This document shows positions 1-11,461 of a DNA stretch of 64,000 nucleotides, in pieces (the stretch's first letter is position 1; every line of letters begins with the position of its first letter). Location: the NCBI GenBank assembly GCA_019415435.1, contig DXZE01000001.1:12426-76425 (forward strand), read 5' to 3'. The DNA is from Erysipelotrichaceae bacterium (GTDB lineage: Bacteria > Bacillota_I > Bacilli_A > Erysipelotrichales > Erysipelotrichaceae). Position numbers and translations under genes: made by a program. The notes under the pieces are model-generated. The model ran no database searches, was not told the DNA's origin, and was given only the letters and a program-made list of their open reading frames with translations.

Positions 1-1757
1 ACAACGGAACCTACCGCCTTCATTCTCTTCTTTCCTTTCTTCTGCTGTTCCAGTAATTTCTTCTTACGGGATATATCACCACCATAGCACTTGGCCAAGA
101 CATTCTTACGTAAGGATTTGATATTGGTACGGGCAATGATCTTACCGCCGATAGCAGCCTGTACCGGTATTTCAAACTGCTGCTTAGGAATTAATTCCTT
201 TAATTTGATCGTAATGCCGCTGCCTCTGCGATAGGCATCTTCCCTGTTTACAATAACAGACAATGCATCAACCATTTCTCCATTAAGAAGAATATCCATT
301 CTGACAAGATCATTGGTTCGATAACCGATGATTTCATAATCCAGAGAAGCATATCCCTTGGAACAGGATTTTAACTTATCAAAGAAATCATAGATGATTT
401 CACTTAAAGGCATTTCATAGACAAGCTGATTGCGTCCTTCATCAATGACATCCATTGTCTTGTATATGCCCCACTTGTCCTGACATAGCTGCATGACAGG
501 TCCGATATAGGCATCCGGCAGCATAATCGATGCCTTGACATATGGTTCTTCGACATGGTCAATTTTAGAGGCATCCGGCATCTTAGCCGGGTTATCAATC
601 GCAAGCATACTGCCATCATGCAGATAGACATGATAGATAACAGATGGTGCGGTTGCGATCAGATCAAGGTTATATTCTCTCTCTAATCTTTCCTGGACGA
701 CATCCATATGCAGTAAGCCAAGGAAACCGCATCTGAAACCAAATCCCAATGCCTGGGATGTTTCTGGCTCATATTGTAAGGAAGCATCATTTAACTGTAA
801 CTTATCCAATGCATCATGAAGATCCTGATACTTGGCAGCATCCGATGGATACAAGCCACAGTAAACCATCGGATTCATCTTACGATAACCTGGCAGTGGC
901 TTATCGCATGGATTCTCGGCAGAAGTAACGGTATCACCAACCAGAACATTATGAATATCCTTGATCGATGCCGCAAACCATCCTACATCACCACATACCA
1001 ATGTATATACTTTGACTTCCTTAGGATTGCGGATACCGGCTTCTGTCACTTCATACTCTGCTCCTGTTTCCATAAAGCGTACCTTGTCTCCAACACTTAG
1101 CTGTCCTTCCCGGATTCTGACTAATGCAATAACACCACGATATGGATCATACATGGAATCAAATACAAGTGCCTGTAATGGCTTATCAGGACTTCCGGAT
1201 GGAGCAGGAATCTTATGAACAATCTGTTCTAGTACCTGATCTACATTTAAACCTGTACGGGCACTGATTAATGGTGCATCCGAACAGTCTAATCCGATAA
1301 TGTCTTCTATTTCTTTCTTTGTTTCTTCAGGTCTGGCATTATTCATATCTACTTTGTTTATAACCGGAAGAATTTCAAGATCATTGTCTAAAGCAAGATA
1401 TGTATTGGCTAATGTCTGAGCCTGTACACCCTGCGTACTGTCTACGACTAATATTGCCCCTTCACAAGCGGCTAAAGAACGGGATACTTCATAAGAGAAG
1501 TCAACATGCCCTGGCGTATCAATCAGATTAAACAGATACTCTTCGCCATTCTTGGCAGTATAGGATAACTGTACTGCATTCAACTTGATGGTTATGCCTC
1601 TTTCTCTTTCCAGATCCATATCATCCAGGATCTGTGCTTTCATATCTCTTTCCTTGACCGTATCAGTCATTTCAAGAATACGGTCTGCAAGCGTACTCTT
1701 GCCATGATCAATATGGGCAATAATACAGAAATTACGTATATGTGACTGATCAATCAT
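1..1757 (-). CDS. lepA: Elongation factor 4 (LepA); about the last 15 aa are cut by the window edge
   Basis: It is absent from the ORF track because it runs off the window. My reverse-strand translation from the ATG at 1755-1757 reads [29 protein letters not shown]...[10 protein letters not shown] (GTPase G1/G3). The same frame at nt 1-60 reads [19 protein letters not shown], the LepA C-terminal motif. Confidence 0.93.
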   Translation of the reverse strand, partial: MIDQSHIRNFCIIAHIDHGKSTLADRILEMTDTVKERDMKAQILDDMDLERERGITIKLNAVQLSYTAKNGEEYLFNLIDTPGHVDFSYEVSRSLAACEGAILVVDSTQGVQAQTLANTYLALDNDLEILPVINKVDMNNARPEETKKEIEDIIGLDCSDAPLISARTGLNVDQVLEQIVHKIPAPSGSPDKPLQALVFDSMYDPYRGVIALVRIREGQLSVGDKVRFMETGAEYEVTEAGIRNPKEVKVYTLVCGDVGWFAASIKDIHNVLVGDTVTSAENPCDKPLPGYRKMNPMVYCGLYPSDAAKYQDLHDALDKLQLNDASLQYEPETSQALGFGFRCGFLGLLHMDVVQERLEREYNLDLIATAPSVIYHVYLHDGSMLAIDNPAKMPDASKIDHVEEPYVKASIMLPDAYIGPVMQLCQDKWGIYKTMDVIDEGRNQLVYEMPLSEIIYDFFDKLKSCSKGYASLDYEIIGYRTNDLVRMDILLNGEMVDALSVIVNREDAYRRGSGITIKLKELIPKQQFEIPVQAAIGGKIIARTNIKSLRKNVLAKCYGGDISRKKKLLEQQKKGKKRMKAVGSV

Positions 1758-2692
1758 GCAAATACCTTTCCAATAACTTCATGTGCATAGCCATTCTTAA
1801 AGGCGTCAGCATCCATCTTTTTCTTTCCTTCTAACTGCATCTCATACACTTTGAGAATGCCACCTCTACAGGCAATCTCCAAGGCATGATCCTTAAAGCC
1901 AAGAACTGTTCCCGGCTCTTCCTTAACATCCTTTGTCTCTTTTCTGACTTTATGGAACTTGAATCTCTTTCCTTCAATCAGGCCATACGCGACTGGCCAG
2001 TCAATTAATCCTCTGATGTGATTGTAAATATGATTCAGATCTTCATCCTTAAAAGATACTTTTTCTTCTTCTTTTGTAATATTCAATGCAAGAACAACCT
2101 TGCTTTCATCCTGTTCTTTTCCCGGAAGCTTTCCTTCTATGTATAAAGGCAGATTGTTTTTTAATAACCTGCAGGAAAGCTGGATCAGTCTTTCATTAAC
2201 CTCAGCAAAGGTTTCATCTTCACCAATCGAGGTTTCATAGCAGGCATAGATCTTTCCAGCATCCATAGCCTTTGTCATTTCCATCAGGCACACACCTGTC
2301 TTATCATCCCCATTCATCATGGCATGCTGGATTGGGGCGCCTCCCCTGTATTTTGGTAATAAGGAAGGATGAATGTTCAGACAGCCAAGGGATGGCATCT
2401 GTAATATCGATACAGGTACAAACTGACCATAGGCACATGTTAATATCAGATCCGGTTTATAAGAAGCTATCTCAACAGATGCATCCTTCAGTTTCTCTGG
2501 CTGTAAACAAGGAATATCATGTTCCAGACAGAAATCATGTACTGGTGTAGGTGTTATTTTATGTTTGCGTCCGCTGGGACGGTCTGGTTGGGATACTGCC
2601 GCTACAACGTTGTAGCGTTCCTCAACCAATGTATTTAATATCTCCCTGGCAAATGCAGGTGTTCCAAAAAATATAATACGAGGTGTTGTCAT
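1754..2692 (-). CDS. fmt: Methionyl-tRNA formyltransferase
   Basis: 312 aa with [11 protein letters not shown] at the N-terminus and the [15 protein letters not shown] motif. Its stop codon abuts the lepA start. Confidence 0.93.
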   Translation of the reverse strand: MTTPRIIFFGTPAFAREILNTLVEERYNVVAAVSQPDRPSGRKHKITPTPVHDFCLEHDIPCLQPEKLKDASVEIASYKPDLILTCAYGQFVPVSILQMPSLGCLNIHPSLLPKYRGGAPIQHAMMNGDDKTGVCLMEMTKAMDAGKIYACYETSIGEDETFAEVNERLIQLSCRLLKNNLPLYIEGKLPGKEQDESKVVLALNITKEEEKVSFKDEDLNHIYNHIRGLIDWPVAYGLIEGKRFKFHKVRKETKDVKEEPGTVLGFKDHALEIACRGGILKVYEMQLEGKKKMDADAFKNGYAHEVIGKVFA

Positions 2693-2811
2693 ACCTTGCC
2701 TCCTGAAATATATGCGGTACTATTATACCGTATTCGTCTCTGTTTTCATTGCATTTTGAAATGCCCTTTGTTATAATTCCTACTGCTGATAAAAAGACAG
2801 GAGGTGTTTTC

Positions 2812-3078
2812 ATGGCAAATATCAAGTCACAGAAGAAGCGTGCACTGACAAACCTGAAGAGACAAAATGCCAAGGCCGGACAAAAGAGTGAACTGAAAAC
2901 AGCAATCAAGAAGGTTCTTACCGCAGTTGATGCAAAGGATAAGGATGCTGCTGTTAAGGCATATAACGAAGCTAATAAAGCTCTGGATAAGGCTGTCTCT
3001 TCTTCTATCAAGAAGAAGAACTATGCAGCTCGTCAGAAGTCCAGACTTGCAAAGGCAGTCAATTCTATTGATGCTTAA
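2812..3078 (+). CDS. rpsT: 30S ribosomal protein S20
   Basis: MANIKSQKKRALTNLKRQ... is a typical S20 sequence. The ATG at 2812 is preceded by AGGAGG at 2799-2804. I rejected the ORF-track start at 2749. Confidence 0.95.
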   Translation: MANIKSQKKRALTNLKRQNAKAGQKSELKTAIKKVLTAVDAKDKDAAVKAYNEANKALDKAVSSSIKKKNYAARQKSRLAKAVNSIDA

Positions 3079-3084
3079 TGAAAA

Positions 3085-3112
3085 AGATGAAGGTTAATCT
3101 TCATCTTTTTTT
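3085..3112. terminator. Bidirectional intrinsic terminator between rpsT and trmK
   Basis: The stem agatgaag/cttcatct (3085-3092 and 3099-3106) has a 6-nt loop, a T7 run on plus and an A-run upstream. It overlaps the last trmK codons. Confidence 0.75.
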
Positions 3113-3780
3113 AATGCTTTGACTAATATTTCATACTCTTTGTTTATATCTGAAGCATGCGGCATATGACCACTGGATACTTCCTGAATTCTTTCAAGCT
3201 TTGTCTTCCTTGCCTTGAGATATGCTATATAATCAGGATCATATTTCTGTAACAGGACTGGTCCTAACACAAGTTCAGCTTCAGAATACTCTGCATGATA
3301 TGTCGGATTAAATGAGATACAGATATAATCATGATTCCTTTCTCGAACATATCTTTCATCATCAATTGTAAAGTGATGATTGCTGATCCATTTACGCATA
3401 CTGATGGTATCCCGGTTTACTTCTACAATCATCTGCTTAAACTGTTTTAATCTCTTTACATCATTTTCTAAGATATGAACTGCAGTCTGAAAGCCCATGC
3501 CGGCTATGACAATCGCATTGACATCTTCTGGCACATTCTCTAATCCATCAGAAAGAATGACCGGTATCTGATCGGTTAACCCAGCTGCCTGAATATTAGA
3601 AGATGCGCTTTCCAGAGGTCCCTTACTGATATCACAGGCATAGCATTTCTTACAGATACGATTTTTAACTAACAGAACAGGAAGAAAAGCATGGTCTGTG
3701 CCTATATCAGCCACAACCATGCTTTCCTTTACCATATCAGCAATTGTTTCAATTCTGATATTTCTCATATTACTTGTCAA
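3094..3780 (-). CDS. trmK: tRNA (adenine22-N1)-methyltransferase TrmK
   Basis: It has the [15 protein letters not shown]-binding motif and lies downstream of sigA, as in Bacillus (dnaG-sigA-...-trmK). Confidence 0.85.
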   Translation of the reverse strand: MTSNMRNIRIETIADMVKESMVVADIGTDHAFLPVLLVKNRICKKCYACDISKGPLESASSNIQAAGLTDQIPVILSDGLENVPEDVNAIVIAGMGFQTAVHILENDVKRLKQFKQMIVEVNRDTISMRKWISNHHFTIDDERYVRERNHDYICISFNPTYHAEYSEAELVLGPVLLQKYDPDYIAYLKARKTKLERIQEVSSGHMPHASDINKEYEILVKALKKDED

Positions 3781-5293
3781 AGAAATCCTTTAATCTCTTG
3801 GAACGGGTCGGATGCTTCAGCTTGCGTAAAGCCTTGGCTTCAATTTGTCTGATTCTTTCACGGGTAACGTTGAATTCCTTACCTACTTCTTCCAGAGTTC
3901 TCGTCCGTCCATCATATAATCCGAATCTGAGGCGCAGTACCTTCTCTTCACGTTCTGTTAAGCCGGAAAGTACATTGTTAATCTCATCTTTCAATAACTG
4001 ATTTGATGCATACTGGTCTGGTGAAAGAGCATCCTTATCTTCAATGAAATCACCTAAATGAGAATCATCTTCTTCACCAATAGGAGTTTCAAGAGATACA
4101 GGCTCCAGTGCAATCTTTTGAATCTCACGCACCTTTTCTGGTGAAATGCCGTCCATTCTGGCACTGATTTCTTCCGCAGTAGGATCTCTGCCAAGTTCCT
4201 GTACAAGCTGTCTCTGAACTCTGGTTAACTTGTTGATGGTTTCAACCATATGTACCGGAATACGAATGGTTCTTGCCTGGTCGGCAATAGCTCTTGTAAT
4301 AGCCTGACGGATCCACCATGTCGCATAAGTAGAGAACTTGAATCCCTTACGGTAATCAAACTTTTCAACTGCCTTGACAAGACCCATATTTCCTTCCTGA
4401 ATCAGATCCAGGAAAAGCATGCCACGGCCTACATATTTCTTGGCAATAGATACAACTAATCTCAGGTTGGAAGAAATCAGAATGTTTCTGGCCTCTTCAT
4501 CACCCTGTTCAATACGCTTTGCGATTTCCGGCTCATCTTCTGGCTTTAACAGAGGAACACGGCCGATTTCCTTTAAGTACATCTTAACCGGATCATTGAT
4601 CTGTACAGATGTGTTACGGGAAGATGTACGGTTTAATGTCTCTCTTGTAACGGCTTCGATTTCCGCACGCTCATCACGTTCGGCATCAGGATCATCCGGA
4701 TCGTCAAGGTCTTCGTCTTCACCTTCATCATCGCCAAGATCCAGGTCTTCATCACTCATCTCTTCAATATCTTCATCTTCAGAGACTTCGATGTTTTCAT
4801 TACGGAACCAGTCCCATAATGCGTCCATGTCATCATCAGACATATCCAGCTTTTCAAGGGAAGTCATGATATCCTTCTGATAGATCACACCATCCTGCTC
4901 GTATGTTGTCTTATAATCTTCCTTTAATTCATCAAGAGTCTTGACTTCCTTAGCCTTACCCTTGCCCTTCTGGGAAGAAATCTTGACATCGTCTTCTTTC
5001 TTCTTTTCTGGCTTTTTAGCAGCAGTCTTTGTCTTTTTCACAGCCGGCTTGGTTTCAGAAGTACTCTTTTTAGCTGCTGTCTTTTTCTCAGAAGTGCTCT
5101 TCCTGGCGGCAGTTTTAGCAGATTTAGCTGCGGTTTTAGAAGTACTCTTCTTGGTAGTTGTTTTCTCTGTTGTTTTCTTATTATCAGCAGACTTCGAGGA
5201 AGTTTTCACACTTGTCGTCTTTTTCGTCGTTTTCTTCTCTGGTTTCTTTGTTTCTTCTTTTGTATCTGTTTCTAACTGCTCAGTTTTCTTCAT
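3770..5293 (-). CDS. sigA: Primary RNA polymerase sigma factor SigA/RpoD with an extended N-terminus
   Basis: Regions 1.2-4.2 are recognisable ([61 protein letters not shown]). At 507 aa it is about 135 aa longer than Bacillus SigA. Its start overlaps the dnaG stop by 14 nt. Confidence 0.95.
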   Translation of the reverse strand: MKKTEQLETDTKEETKKPEKKTTKKTTSVKTSSKSADNKKTTEKTTTKKSTSKTAAKSAKTAARKSTSEKKTAAKKSTSETKPAVKKTKTAAKKPEKKKEDDVKISSQKGKGKAKEVKTLDELKEDYKTTYEQDGVIYQKDIMTSLEKLDMSDDDMDALWDWFRNENIEVSEDEDIEEMSDEDLDLGDDEGEDEDLDDPDDPDAERDERAEIEAVTRETLNRTSSRNTSVQINDPVKMYLKEIGRVPLLKPEDEPEIAKRIEQGDEEARNILISSNLRLVVSIAKKYVGRGMLFLDLIQEGNMGLVKAVEKFDYRKGFKFSTYATWWIRQAITRAIADQARTIRIPVHMVETINKLTRVQRQLVQELGRDPTAEEISARMDGISPEKVREIQKIALEPVSLETPIGEEDDSHLGDFIEDKDALSPDQYASNQLLKDEINNVLSGLTEREEKVLRLRFGLYDGRTRTLEEVGKEFNVTRERIRQIEAKALRKLKHPTRSKRLKDFFDK

Positions 5294-7028
5294 TGATTAA
5301 CCTCCTCTTTTCAGTAAGACATTCGTTATATTTCTTCATCAACAGTTCCATGGAAGTACCGTTCAATGCGGCGGTTAACTGTTCCTTGTACTGTTCTGCT
5401 TCATCATTTAATGCTTCAATACGGATTCTGCGCATGGCACCTTCAAACTTCTTTTCATCATATGGCTCACAGTAGCCTTCACTTGCGGCAATAGAAGTGA
5501 TCAGATCACGTACAGACTGCTGGGTTGTTTCATCTATAAGCAGATTTGGATCTGCCTTGCCACGGGAATGCCACGCATCTACGATTAACATGCTTAATGC
5601 CTGTCCATCTTCAGATATCAGATAACCAAGCTTATCTTCAAACAGACGTGATGCTTCGGCACTTTTCATCATCATGGAAAGTATCTGCTTTTCCGCATTC
5701 TTCGTACCATCCGGTACTGTCAGCTTATGTCTTGTAACAGGTGAAATAGGTTCTAATTGTTCTGCCTGAACAGGATTAATCTGAAATCCTGTTTCCTTTG
5801 ATAACTGATCGGTAAAGTACTGTCTATCCATCTGATCTGGCAGCTGAACAATCAGTTTGACTGCCTTATTCACCATCTCTTTTTTATCGAGATAGCTGTC
5901 CATATTGGTTTCAGATTTCAGATAAGTCAGGGCAAATTCAATCCAGGATATTTCATTCTCCAAAAGATTCTGCAGTGCTTCCGCACCATTCTGGGATACG
6001 ATTTCATCCGGATCCTTACCGGTTTTATTGGAAATAACAGCCGTATCACATCCTGCCTTGACAGCCATCTGTACAGCCCGCATTGTTGCGGCCTGACCTG
6101 CATGGTCGCCATCATAGCAAAAGACTACTCTTGCGGCGATGGTACGCAATTGCCGGATCTGATTTTCTGTACAGGATGTACCAAGCGTGCATACCGCATT
6201 GGTAATACCTGCTCTGTAAAAGGCAATAACATCTGTGACACCTTCACAAACATAGATCTTGCCTTCTCTTCTCGCATCTGCTCTTGCCCGATGATAGTTG
6301 TATACAATATCACCCTTGATAAACACATCTGTTTCATTGGTATTGATATACTTGGACGCATTATCAGGATCAAGAGTTCTTGCGGAAAAGCCAATCGGAT
6401 GACCATGGGTATCATGAATCGGGAATGTAATTCTGTCTGAAAAGACATCATACATGCCTCTTTCATTGACTACCGTGACATTAGCCTGCACCATGTCCTT
6501 CTGGGCATATCCCTTTTTTCTTAAGAAATCAGACAGAGCTGATCCGGGAGGATTGTAACCGATCTGGAATACCTGGCGGACTTTATCATTTAATCCTCTT
6601 TGTTCAAGATACTGTTTCTGACGCATTGCTTCAGGAGTATCTAACTGATACATCGTATAGTTAATGGTTTCCTGCAATACCTTGTGCAAAGCCTCTTTAT
6701 GAGGATCTTCCCTGGTTTTAGAGGGTTCAACGCTTACCGATAAGTGTTGTCCTGTTAACTCCGCTACTCTTGCTATAGCCTCTGGAAAAGAGACTTTTTC
6801 ATAGTTTTGTACAAAGGTGAAAACATTGCCGCCATTACCGCAGACAAAGCATTTATAAATCTGACGGTCAGGAGAAATAGACATGGAAGGAGAATGATCG
6901 TCATGAAACGGGCATAATGCCACATAACTCTTTCCCTTTCTGTGCACCTGGATATAGTGGGATATGACATCCACGATATCCGCATGTGCTCTGATGTTAT
7001 CTATTTCATCCTGACTGATTCTTGCCAT
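5280..7028 (-). CDS. dnaG: DNA primase
   Basis: It has the zinc ribbon [34 protein letters not shown] and the TOPRIM motif VCEGVTDV, and sits in the dnaG-sigA arrangement. Confidence 0.95.
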   Translation of the reverse strand: MARISQDEIDNIRAHADIVDVISHYIQVHRKGKSYVALCPFHDDHSPSMSISPDRQIYKCFVCGNGGNVFTFVQNYEKVSFPEAIARVAELTGQHLSVSVEPSKTREDPHKEALHKVLQETINYTMYQLDTPEAMRQKQYLEQRGLNDKVRQVFQIGYNPPGSALSDFLRKKGYAQKDMVQANVTVVNERGMYDVFSDRITFPIHDTHGHPIGFSARTLDPDNASKYINTNETDVFIKGDIVYNYHRARADARREGKIYVCEGVTDVIAFYRAGITNAVCTLGTSCTENQIRQLRTIAARVVFCYDGDHAGQAATMRAVQMAVKAGCDTAVISNKTGKDPDEIVSQNGAEALQNLLENEISWIEFALTYLKSETNMDSYLDKKEMVNKAVKLIVQLPDQMDRQYFTDQLSKETGFQINPVQAEQLEPISPVTRHKLTVPDGTKNAEKQILSMMMKSAEASRLFEDKLGYLISEDGQALSMLIVDAWHSRGKADPNLLIDETTQQSVRDLITSIAASEGYCEPYDEKKFEGAMRRIRIEALNDEAEQYKEQLTAALNGTSMELLMKKYNECLTEKRRLINEEN

Positions 7029-7037
7029 AGCCTTCCT

Positions 7038-8447
7038 TTAGAAACGAATTTCTTTCAAAATTTTACTGCGGACTTCATCCACACTCATTCTCTCCTGGGC
7101 CATCGTGTCACGATCACGAATCGTTACGGTACCATCTTCCAGAGTCTGATCATCTACCGTAATGCAGTATGGAGTGCCGATTTCATCCATTCTTCTGTAA
7201 CGCTTGCCAATAGAGCCGGCTTCATCATAGGCAACCTGGAAATCAAAGGACAGATCCTTATAAATATCCTTGGCCTTAGGACCATGTTTCTTCTTCTGTA
7301 ATGGGAAGATAGCAGCCTTCACTGGTGCTAATACCGGATTAAAGTGCATAACGATACGGGTATCTTCCTTATCACCATTCTTTACAACTTCTTCATCATA
7401 CGCATCTGTAAAGAACATGAAGAACAATCTTTCAACACCTACAGCTGGTTCAACAACATAAGGCAGGAATTTCTTGCCGGTTGTTGGATCAAGATACGTT
7501 AAATCCTTGCCAGACATATTCTGATGCTGGGTTAAGTCATAGTCTGTACGATCCGCAATACCCCAGAGCTCACCCCAGCCCCAAGGGAACTTATATTCAA
7601 TATCGGTTGTGCCCTTTGAATAGAAGGCAAGTTCTGCCTTTTCATGATCACGGAAACGCAGATTCTCACGATTACCGCCAAGGGAGAGAATCCAATCCAT
7701 GCAGAACTGACGCCAGTATGCAAACCATCCGGAACCATCTTCCTTCATATCAGAACCAGGTTCGCAGAAGAATTCCATTTCCATCTGTTCAAATTCTCTG
7801 GTACGGAAGATAAAGTTACCCGGTGTGATTTCATTACGGAAACTCTTACCGATCTGGCCAATACCAAACGGCAGTTTCTTACGATAGGCACGCTGCACAT
7901 TTCTGAAATCTACAAACATTCCCTGCGCTGTTTCAGGACGCAGATAAATTGTGCTCTTGGCATCCTCCAATGTTCCCTGGAATGTCTTGAACATCAGATT
8001 AAACTGACGGATCGGTGTAAAGTCATGACCACCGCAATCAGGGCATGGAATGTTGTTATCCTTGATAAACTGTTCCATCTTTTCATTAGACCAGCCTTCA
8101 CAGCTTACTTTTCCATCAGACCACTCTTCAATCAACTGGTCTGCTCTGTGTCTTGTATGGCATGTCTTGCAATCCATTAAAGGATCACTGAATCCCTTTA
8201 AATGACCGCTGGCTTCCCATACCTTCGGGTTCATCAGTATAGCTGCCTGAATCTCTACATTATTCGGATCTTCCTGAATAAACTTCTTCTGCCATGCACG
8301 CTTGATATTGTCTTTCAGCATGACTCCATAAGGTCCGAAATCCCATGTATTGCTGAGACCGCCATAGATTTCAGATCCCTGAAATACGAATCCCATGTTC
8401 TTGGCATGGGATACGATTTTATCGAATGTTTTTTCACTTTGTTTCAT
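7038..8447 (-). CDS. glyQS: Glycine--tRNA ligase (single-chain class II GlyQS)
   Basis: 469 aa starting FDKIVSHAKNMGFVFQGSEIYGGLSNTWDFGPYG, with FRNEITPGNFIFRTREFEQMEMEFF (motif 2). Confidence 0.95.
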   Translation of the reverse strand: MKQSEKTFDKIVSHAKNMGFVFQGSEIYGGLSNTWDFGPYGVMLKDNIKRAWQKKFIQEDPNNVEIQAAILMNPKVWEASGHLKGFSDPLMDCKTCHTRHRADQLIEEWSDGKVSCEGWSNEKMEQFIKDNNIPCPDCGGHDFTPIRQFNLMFKTFQGTLEDAKSTIYLRPETAQGMFVDFRNVQRAYRKKLPFGIGQIGKSFRNEITPGNFIFRTREFEQMEMEFFCEPGSDMKEDGSGWFAYWRQFCMDWILSLGGNRENLRFRDHEKAELAFYSKGTTDIEYKFPWGWGELWGIADRTDYDLTQHQNMSGKDLTYLDPTTGKKFLPYVVEPAVGVERLFFMFFTDAYDEEVVKNGDKEDTRIVMHFNPVLAPVKAAIFPLQKKKHGPKAKDIYKDLSFDFQVAYDEAGSIGKRYRRMDEIGTPYCITVDDQTLEDGTVTIRDRDTMAQERMSVDEVRSKILKEIRF

Positions 8448-8510
8448 TTTGTGCAGTTCTCCCCCATTTTCACATTAGCTTTAGCAGTATAGCACTTCAA
8501 AAAGGCCTGT

Positions 8511-9251
8511 TCAATGGCTAAATAGCCGGTCAAACAGACCAAAAGACTTCATGGATATACCTGCATGCAGGCGGATCATCTCCACCAGGATCCTCAGATC
8601 TTCCATTTCTGCCCCGCCTGCTTCACGAATCAGATCCATATGTTCTAATCCGCCTTTTACTAACAGACGAAACCTTCTTAAATCTGAAGCAGGCATCTGA
8701 TCTAATCCTTTTTCACGCATATGATCCTGACATAAGAAGCCGCCATCATCTATCGAGATCGTGGATACCTGCTTATTGCCGCAGATCACACATTCATCTA
8801 CATCCGGTACAATACCGGAATTCTTCATTAATGCAATTAGAAACAGTGATAGAACAGTTACAGATTTTTCTTTCTTATCCAAAAGATCCATTGCCTGAAA
8901 CAGCTGATTATAGATGGATTCATCTTTGACTTCCTGATATAAAAGACCATCACTGGCTTCCCCTATTACAGAAGCAACTGTAGAAGCCTCTAAATCTTCA
9001 TGCATATGACGCCATATGTGTAAAGAAGATGCTGTCTTTAAAGTAAACATGGTCTTACCCGGATGATAGTCAAACTGGATCTCTGTTTCTGTATAAGGCA
9101 ATAAAGAACCGGCATTTTTAGACTTCATTCTCCGGATGCCTTTGGCTAAGAAAGAGATTTTTCCATATTCCTTACTGTAGACAGTCAGGATGGCATCATA
9201 GTCATGGTAATCCATGGACTTTAAGATGATGACTCTGGTTTTATCATTCAT
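8511..9251 (-). CDS. recO: DNA repair protein RecO
   Basis: It has an OB-fold N-terminus and a CxxC...C zinc motif (CVICGNKQ...FLCQDH). The likely start is MNDKTRV at 9251, overlapping the era stop. The ORF-track start at 9293 is less likely. Confidence 0.88.
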   Translation of the reverse strand: MNDKTRVIILKSMDYHDYDAILTVYSKEYGKISFLAKGIRRMKSKNAGSLLPYTETEIQFDYHPGKTMFTLKTASSLHIWRHMHEDLEASTVASVIGEASDGLLYQEVKDESIYNQLFQAMDLLDKKEKSVTVLSLFLIALMKNSGIVPDVDECVICGNKQVSTISIDDGGFLCQDHMREKGLDQMPASDLRRFRLLVKGGLEHMDLIREAGGAEMEDLRILVEMIRLHAGISMKSFGLFDRLFSH

Positions 9252-10137
9252 CCCGGCCAGCACCACCATAACCGTATTCACTGATACGGGCATCCCGGCT
9301 GCGCCATTCTTCTTCTACGCGGACATACAGTTCCAGATAGACCCTGCGGCCAAGAAGCTTTTCAATATCTTTTCTGGCGGCCATACCGATCTTTTTAAGC
9401 ATAGAACCCTTCTTGCCGATCATGATGGCTTTCTGTCCCTGTTTTTCAACAAGAATGGTAGCCTGGATATAACAGGAATTCTTCTTGAATTCCTTGTTAT
9501 CTATTCTTACTGCCGAAGCATGCGGTACTTCTTCTCTTGTATATTCCAGTACCTTTTCTCTGATTAATTCGGCAATACGGAAATTTTCAGCTCCATCCGT
9601 AATGGTTTCAGCCGGATACAGTAATCCACCTTCTGGAAGATAGCCGGCAGTTGTTTTAATCAGATCAGAAAGATCTCTTGTATAGCGGGCACTGAGTGGA
9701 AAATATTCCGCAAAATCAAATCGATGTTGCCAGGACGCAAGATTATCCATGACTTTTTCTGGTTCCAGCTTATCAATTTTATTCAGGATTAAGAATACTG
9801 GTAAACCGGTATTCTTAACTGCATCCAGAACGTATGCATCTCCTGAACCATATGGAACGGATCCATCTACAACAAGATAAATCAGATCCACACCCTGCAT
9901 GACATCAAAAGCTTCTTTATTCATGCGGGTTTCCAGACGATACTTGGCTTTATGAATGCCTGGTGTATCGGTAAAGACAATCTGTACATTTTCATCGGTA
10001 TAGATACCTCTGATTTCACTGCGGGTAGTCTGCGGCTTATCAGAGACAATCGCTACCTTTTCTCCTACCAAGGCATTTACTAACGTACTCTTACCGGCAT
10101 TCGGGCGGCCAGCCAAAGCAACAAATCCACTTCTCAT
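9244..10137 (-). CDS. era: GTPase Era
   Basis: G motifs GRPNAGKST, DTPG and NKID are followed by a KH-domain C-terminus. Confidence 0.95.
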   Translation of the reverse strand: MRSGFVALAGRPNAGKSTLVNALVGEKVAIVSDKPQTTRSEIRGIYTDENVQIVFTDTPGIHKAKYRLETRMNKEAFDVMQGVDLIYLVVDGSVPYGSGDAYVLDAVKNTGLPVFLILNKIDKLEPEKVMDNLASWQHRFDFAEYFPLSARYTRDLSDLIKTTAGYLPEGGLLYPAETITDGAENFRIAELIREKVLEYTREEVPHASAVRIDNKEFKKNSCYIQATILVEKQGQKAIMIGKKGSMLKKIGMAARKDIEKLLGRRVYLELYVRVEEEWRSRDARISEYGYGGAGRDE

Positions 10138-10535
10138 CTGAGTACATCCTCAGCCTGGAAACGCATTGGCAACAGACGATTAATATTCGTATCTACTTCA
10201 CTGCGTCCATTTGACAAATAAATCGGACAGTCATCACTGATTAAATCTGATAATACCTGACGGCAGATTCCGCATGGTGCACAGACTCTGTCACCATCCG
10301 ATACAATGGCTAATGCCTTGATTGTCTCTTTCTTATAGCCATTGGAATATGCCGCAAATACGGCACTGCGTTCCGCGCAATTGGTTGCACCAAGAGATGA
10401 ATTTTCTATATTGGCACCCCAGAATATTCTGCCATCGGTAGTTTCAATGGCTGCACCTACATGATATTTGGAATATGGTGCATAACTGTTTTTCTGTGCC
10501 TTCCAGGCTTCCGCAAGCAATTCTTCTTTTGTCAT
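10134..10535 (-). CDS. cdd: Cytidine deaminase
   Basis: 133 aa with zinc ligands CAERSA and PCGICRQ. It overlaps the era start by 4 nt. Confidence 0.93.
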   Translation of the reverse strand: MTKEELLAEAWKAQKNSYAPYSKYHVGAAIETTDGRIFWGANIENSSLGATNCAERSAVFAAYSNGYKKETIKALAIVSDGDRVCAPCGICRQVLSDLISDDCPIYLSNGRSEVDTNINRLLPMRFQAEDVLR

Positions 10536-10548
10536 ACTAATCCTCCTG

Positions 10549-10881
10549 TTAAAGATGTCTGAATAAAATAATCAATGCACATATAAGTGCTGTAATAGCT
10601 GCAGCTACAACTGCTCCTGCGGCTAAATCCTTGATATAGCGTACTTCGCTGCTCCATTCTTTCATGATCATATCACATGTACGTTCAATACATGTATTGA
10701 CCATTTCGGTAACGATCACTAAGCCTATGCATAATGCAACAGCGATCCATTCCATTGTACTCAGATGCATAATGTATCCGGCGATAAGTGCTAATGCGGC
10801 AAGTATCCATTGGGTCAGGATGGAAATATCCTTAAATCCGGAAAACAGTCCCCTGAATGCCGCTGCAAACTTCTTCTTCAT
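10549..10881 (-). CDS. dgkA: Diacylglycerol/undecaprenol kinase family protein
   Basis: A 110-aa three-TM protein with the ...VTEMVNTCIER... motif, in the conserved position between ybeY and cdd. Confidence 0.85.
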   Translation of the reverse strand: MKKKFAAAFRGLFSGFKDISILTQWILAALALIAGYIMHLSTMEWIAVALCIGLVIVTEMVNTCIERTCDMIMKEWSSEVRYIKDLAAGAVVAAAITALICALIILFRHL

Positions 10882-11330
10882 TATCTTGTAATGATCGGGT
10901 CAAGTATCTGATCCTGTAAGGCAAACATGACCTTTTCATCCTCCGGCTTCATATGATCATAGCCAAGACAATGCAGCATGCCATGGGTAAAAAGAAAACC
11001 GATTTCTCTTTTATAGGAATGTCCGTATTCTTTTGCCTGTCTTTTTGCATAATCAATATTAATGAAAATATCACCCAGGTCTTTGACTTCTTCCGGTATA
11101 TCATCATCGAGATCATCCCGGATCGCAAAACTGATAACATCGGTAGGCCTGTCGATACCACGGTATTCTTTATTGATCTTATGGATCGTTCTGCTTCTGA
11201 CAAAAGTAACAGATAGTTCCAGATCATGATCCAGATTCAGTACTTTTTCAGCATGATCCGCAATTGTATTAAAGAATGGTTCAAATTCTGCAACATCTGC
11301 ATTTGTATGATTCATCAATGTAATTTCCAT
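10881..11330 (-). CDS. ybeY: rRNA maturation endoribonuclease YbeY
   Basis: It has the HGMLHCLGYDH metal-binding motif. Confidence 0.93.
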   Translation of the reverse strand: MEITLMNHTNADVAEFEPFFNTIADHAEKVLNLDHDLELSVTFVRSRTIHKINKEYRGIDRPTDVISFAIRDDLDDDIPEEVKDLGDIFINIDYAKRQAKEYGHSYKREIGFLFTHGMLHCLGYDHMKPEDEKVMFALQDQILDPIITR

Positions 11331-11461
11331 AAAAACCTGCTTTCTTCATTATTATAAACCATATACTGCATTGAATATGTGAGTAATTTATCTTTCATTG
11401 CTCATGACGTATGTGTTTGTTAAAATAATTGTGATTTTCAACAATCAATGAGGGGGAAAAT

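Noticed and set aside
404-1218. Three ORFs of 75-94 aa (404-631 minus, 816-1100 plus, 961-1218 plus).
   Set aside because: They lie entirely inside the lepA coding region in other frames or on the other strand. They have no RBS and no recognisable protein features. They are shadows of a highly constrained gene.
4419-5475. Plus-strand ORFs of 105-153 aa rich in S, F and L, antisense to sigA.
   Set aside because: They are the mirror image of the acidic (GAx) and lysine-rich (AAR) low-complexity coding repeats of sigA, which keeps the antisense frames open.
8448-8510. I looked for a T-box leader upstream of glyQS, as found in many Bacillota.
   Set aside because: Only 63 nt separate glyQS from the recO stop. 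There is no specifier or T-box-like sequence and no terminator, so glyQS appears to be co-transcribed with recO.
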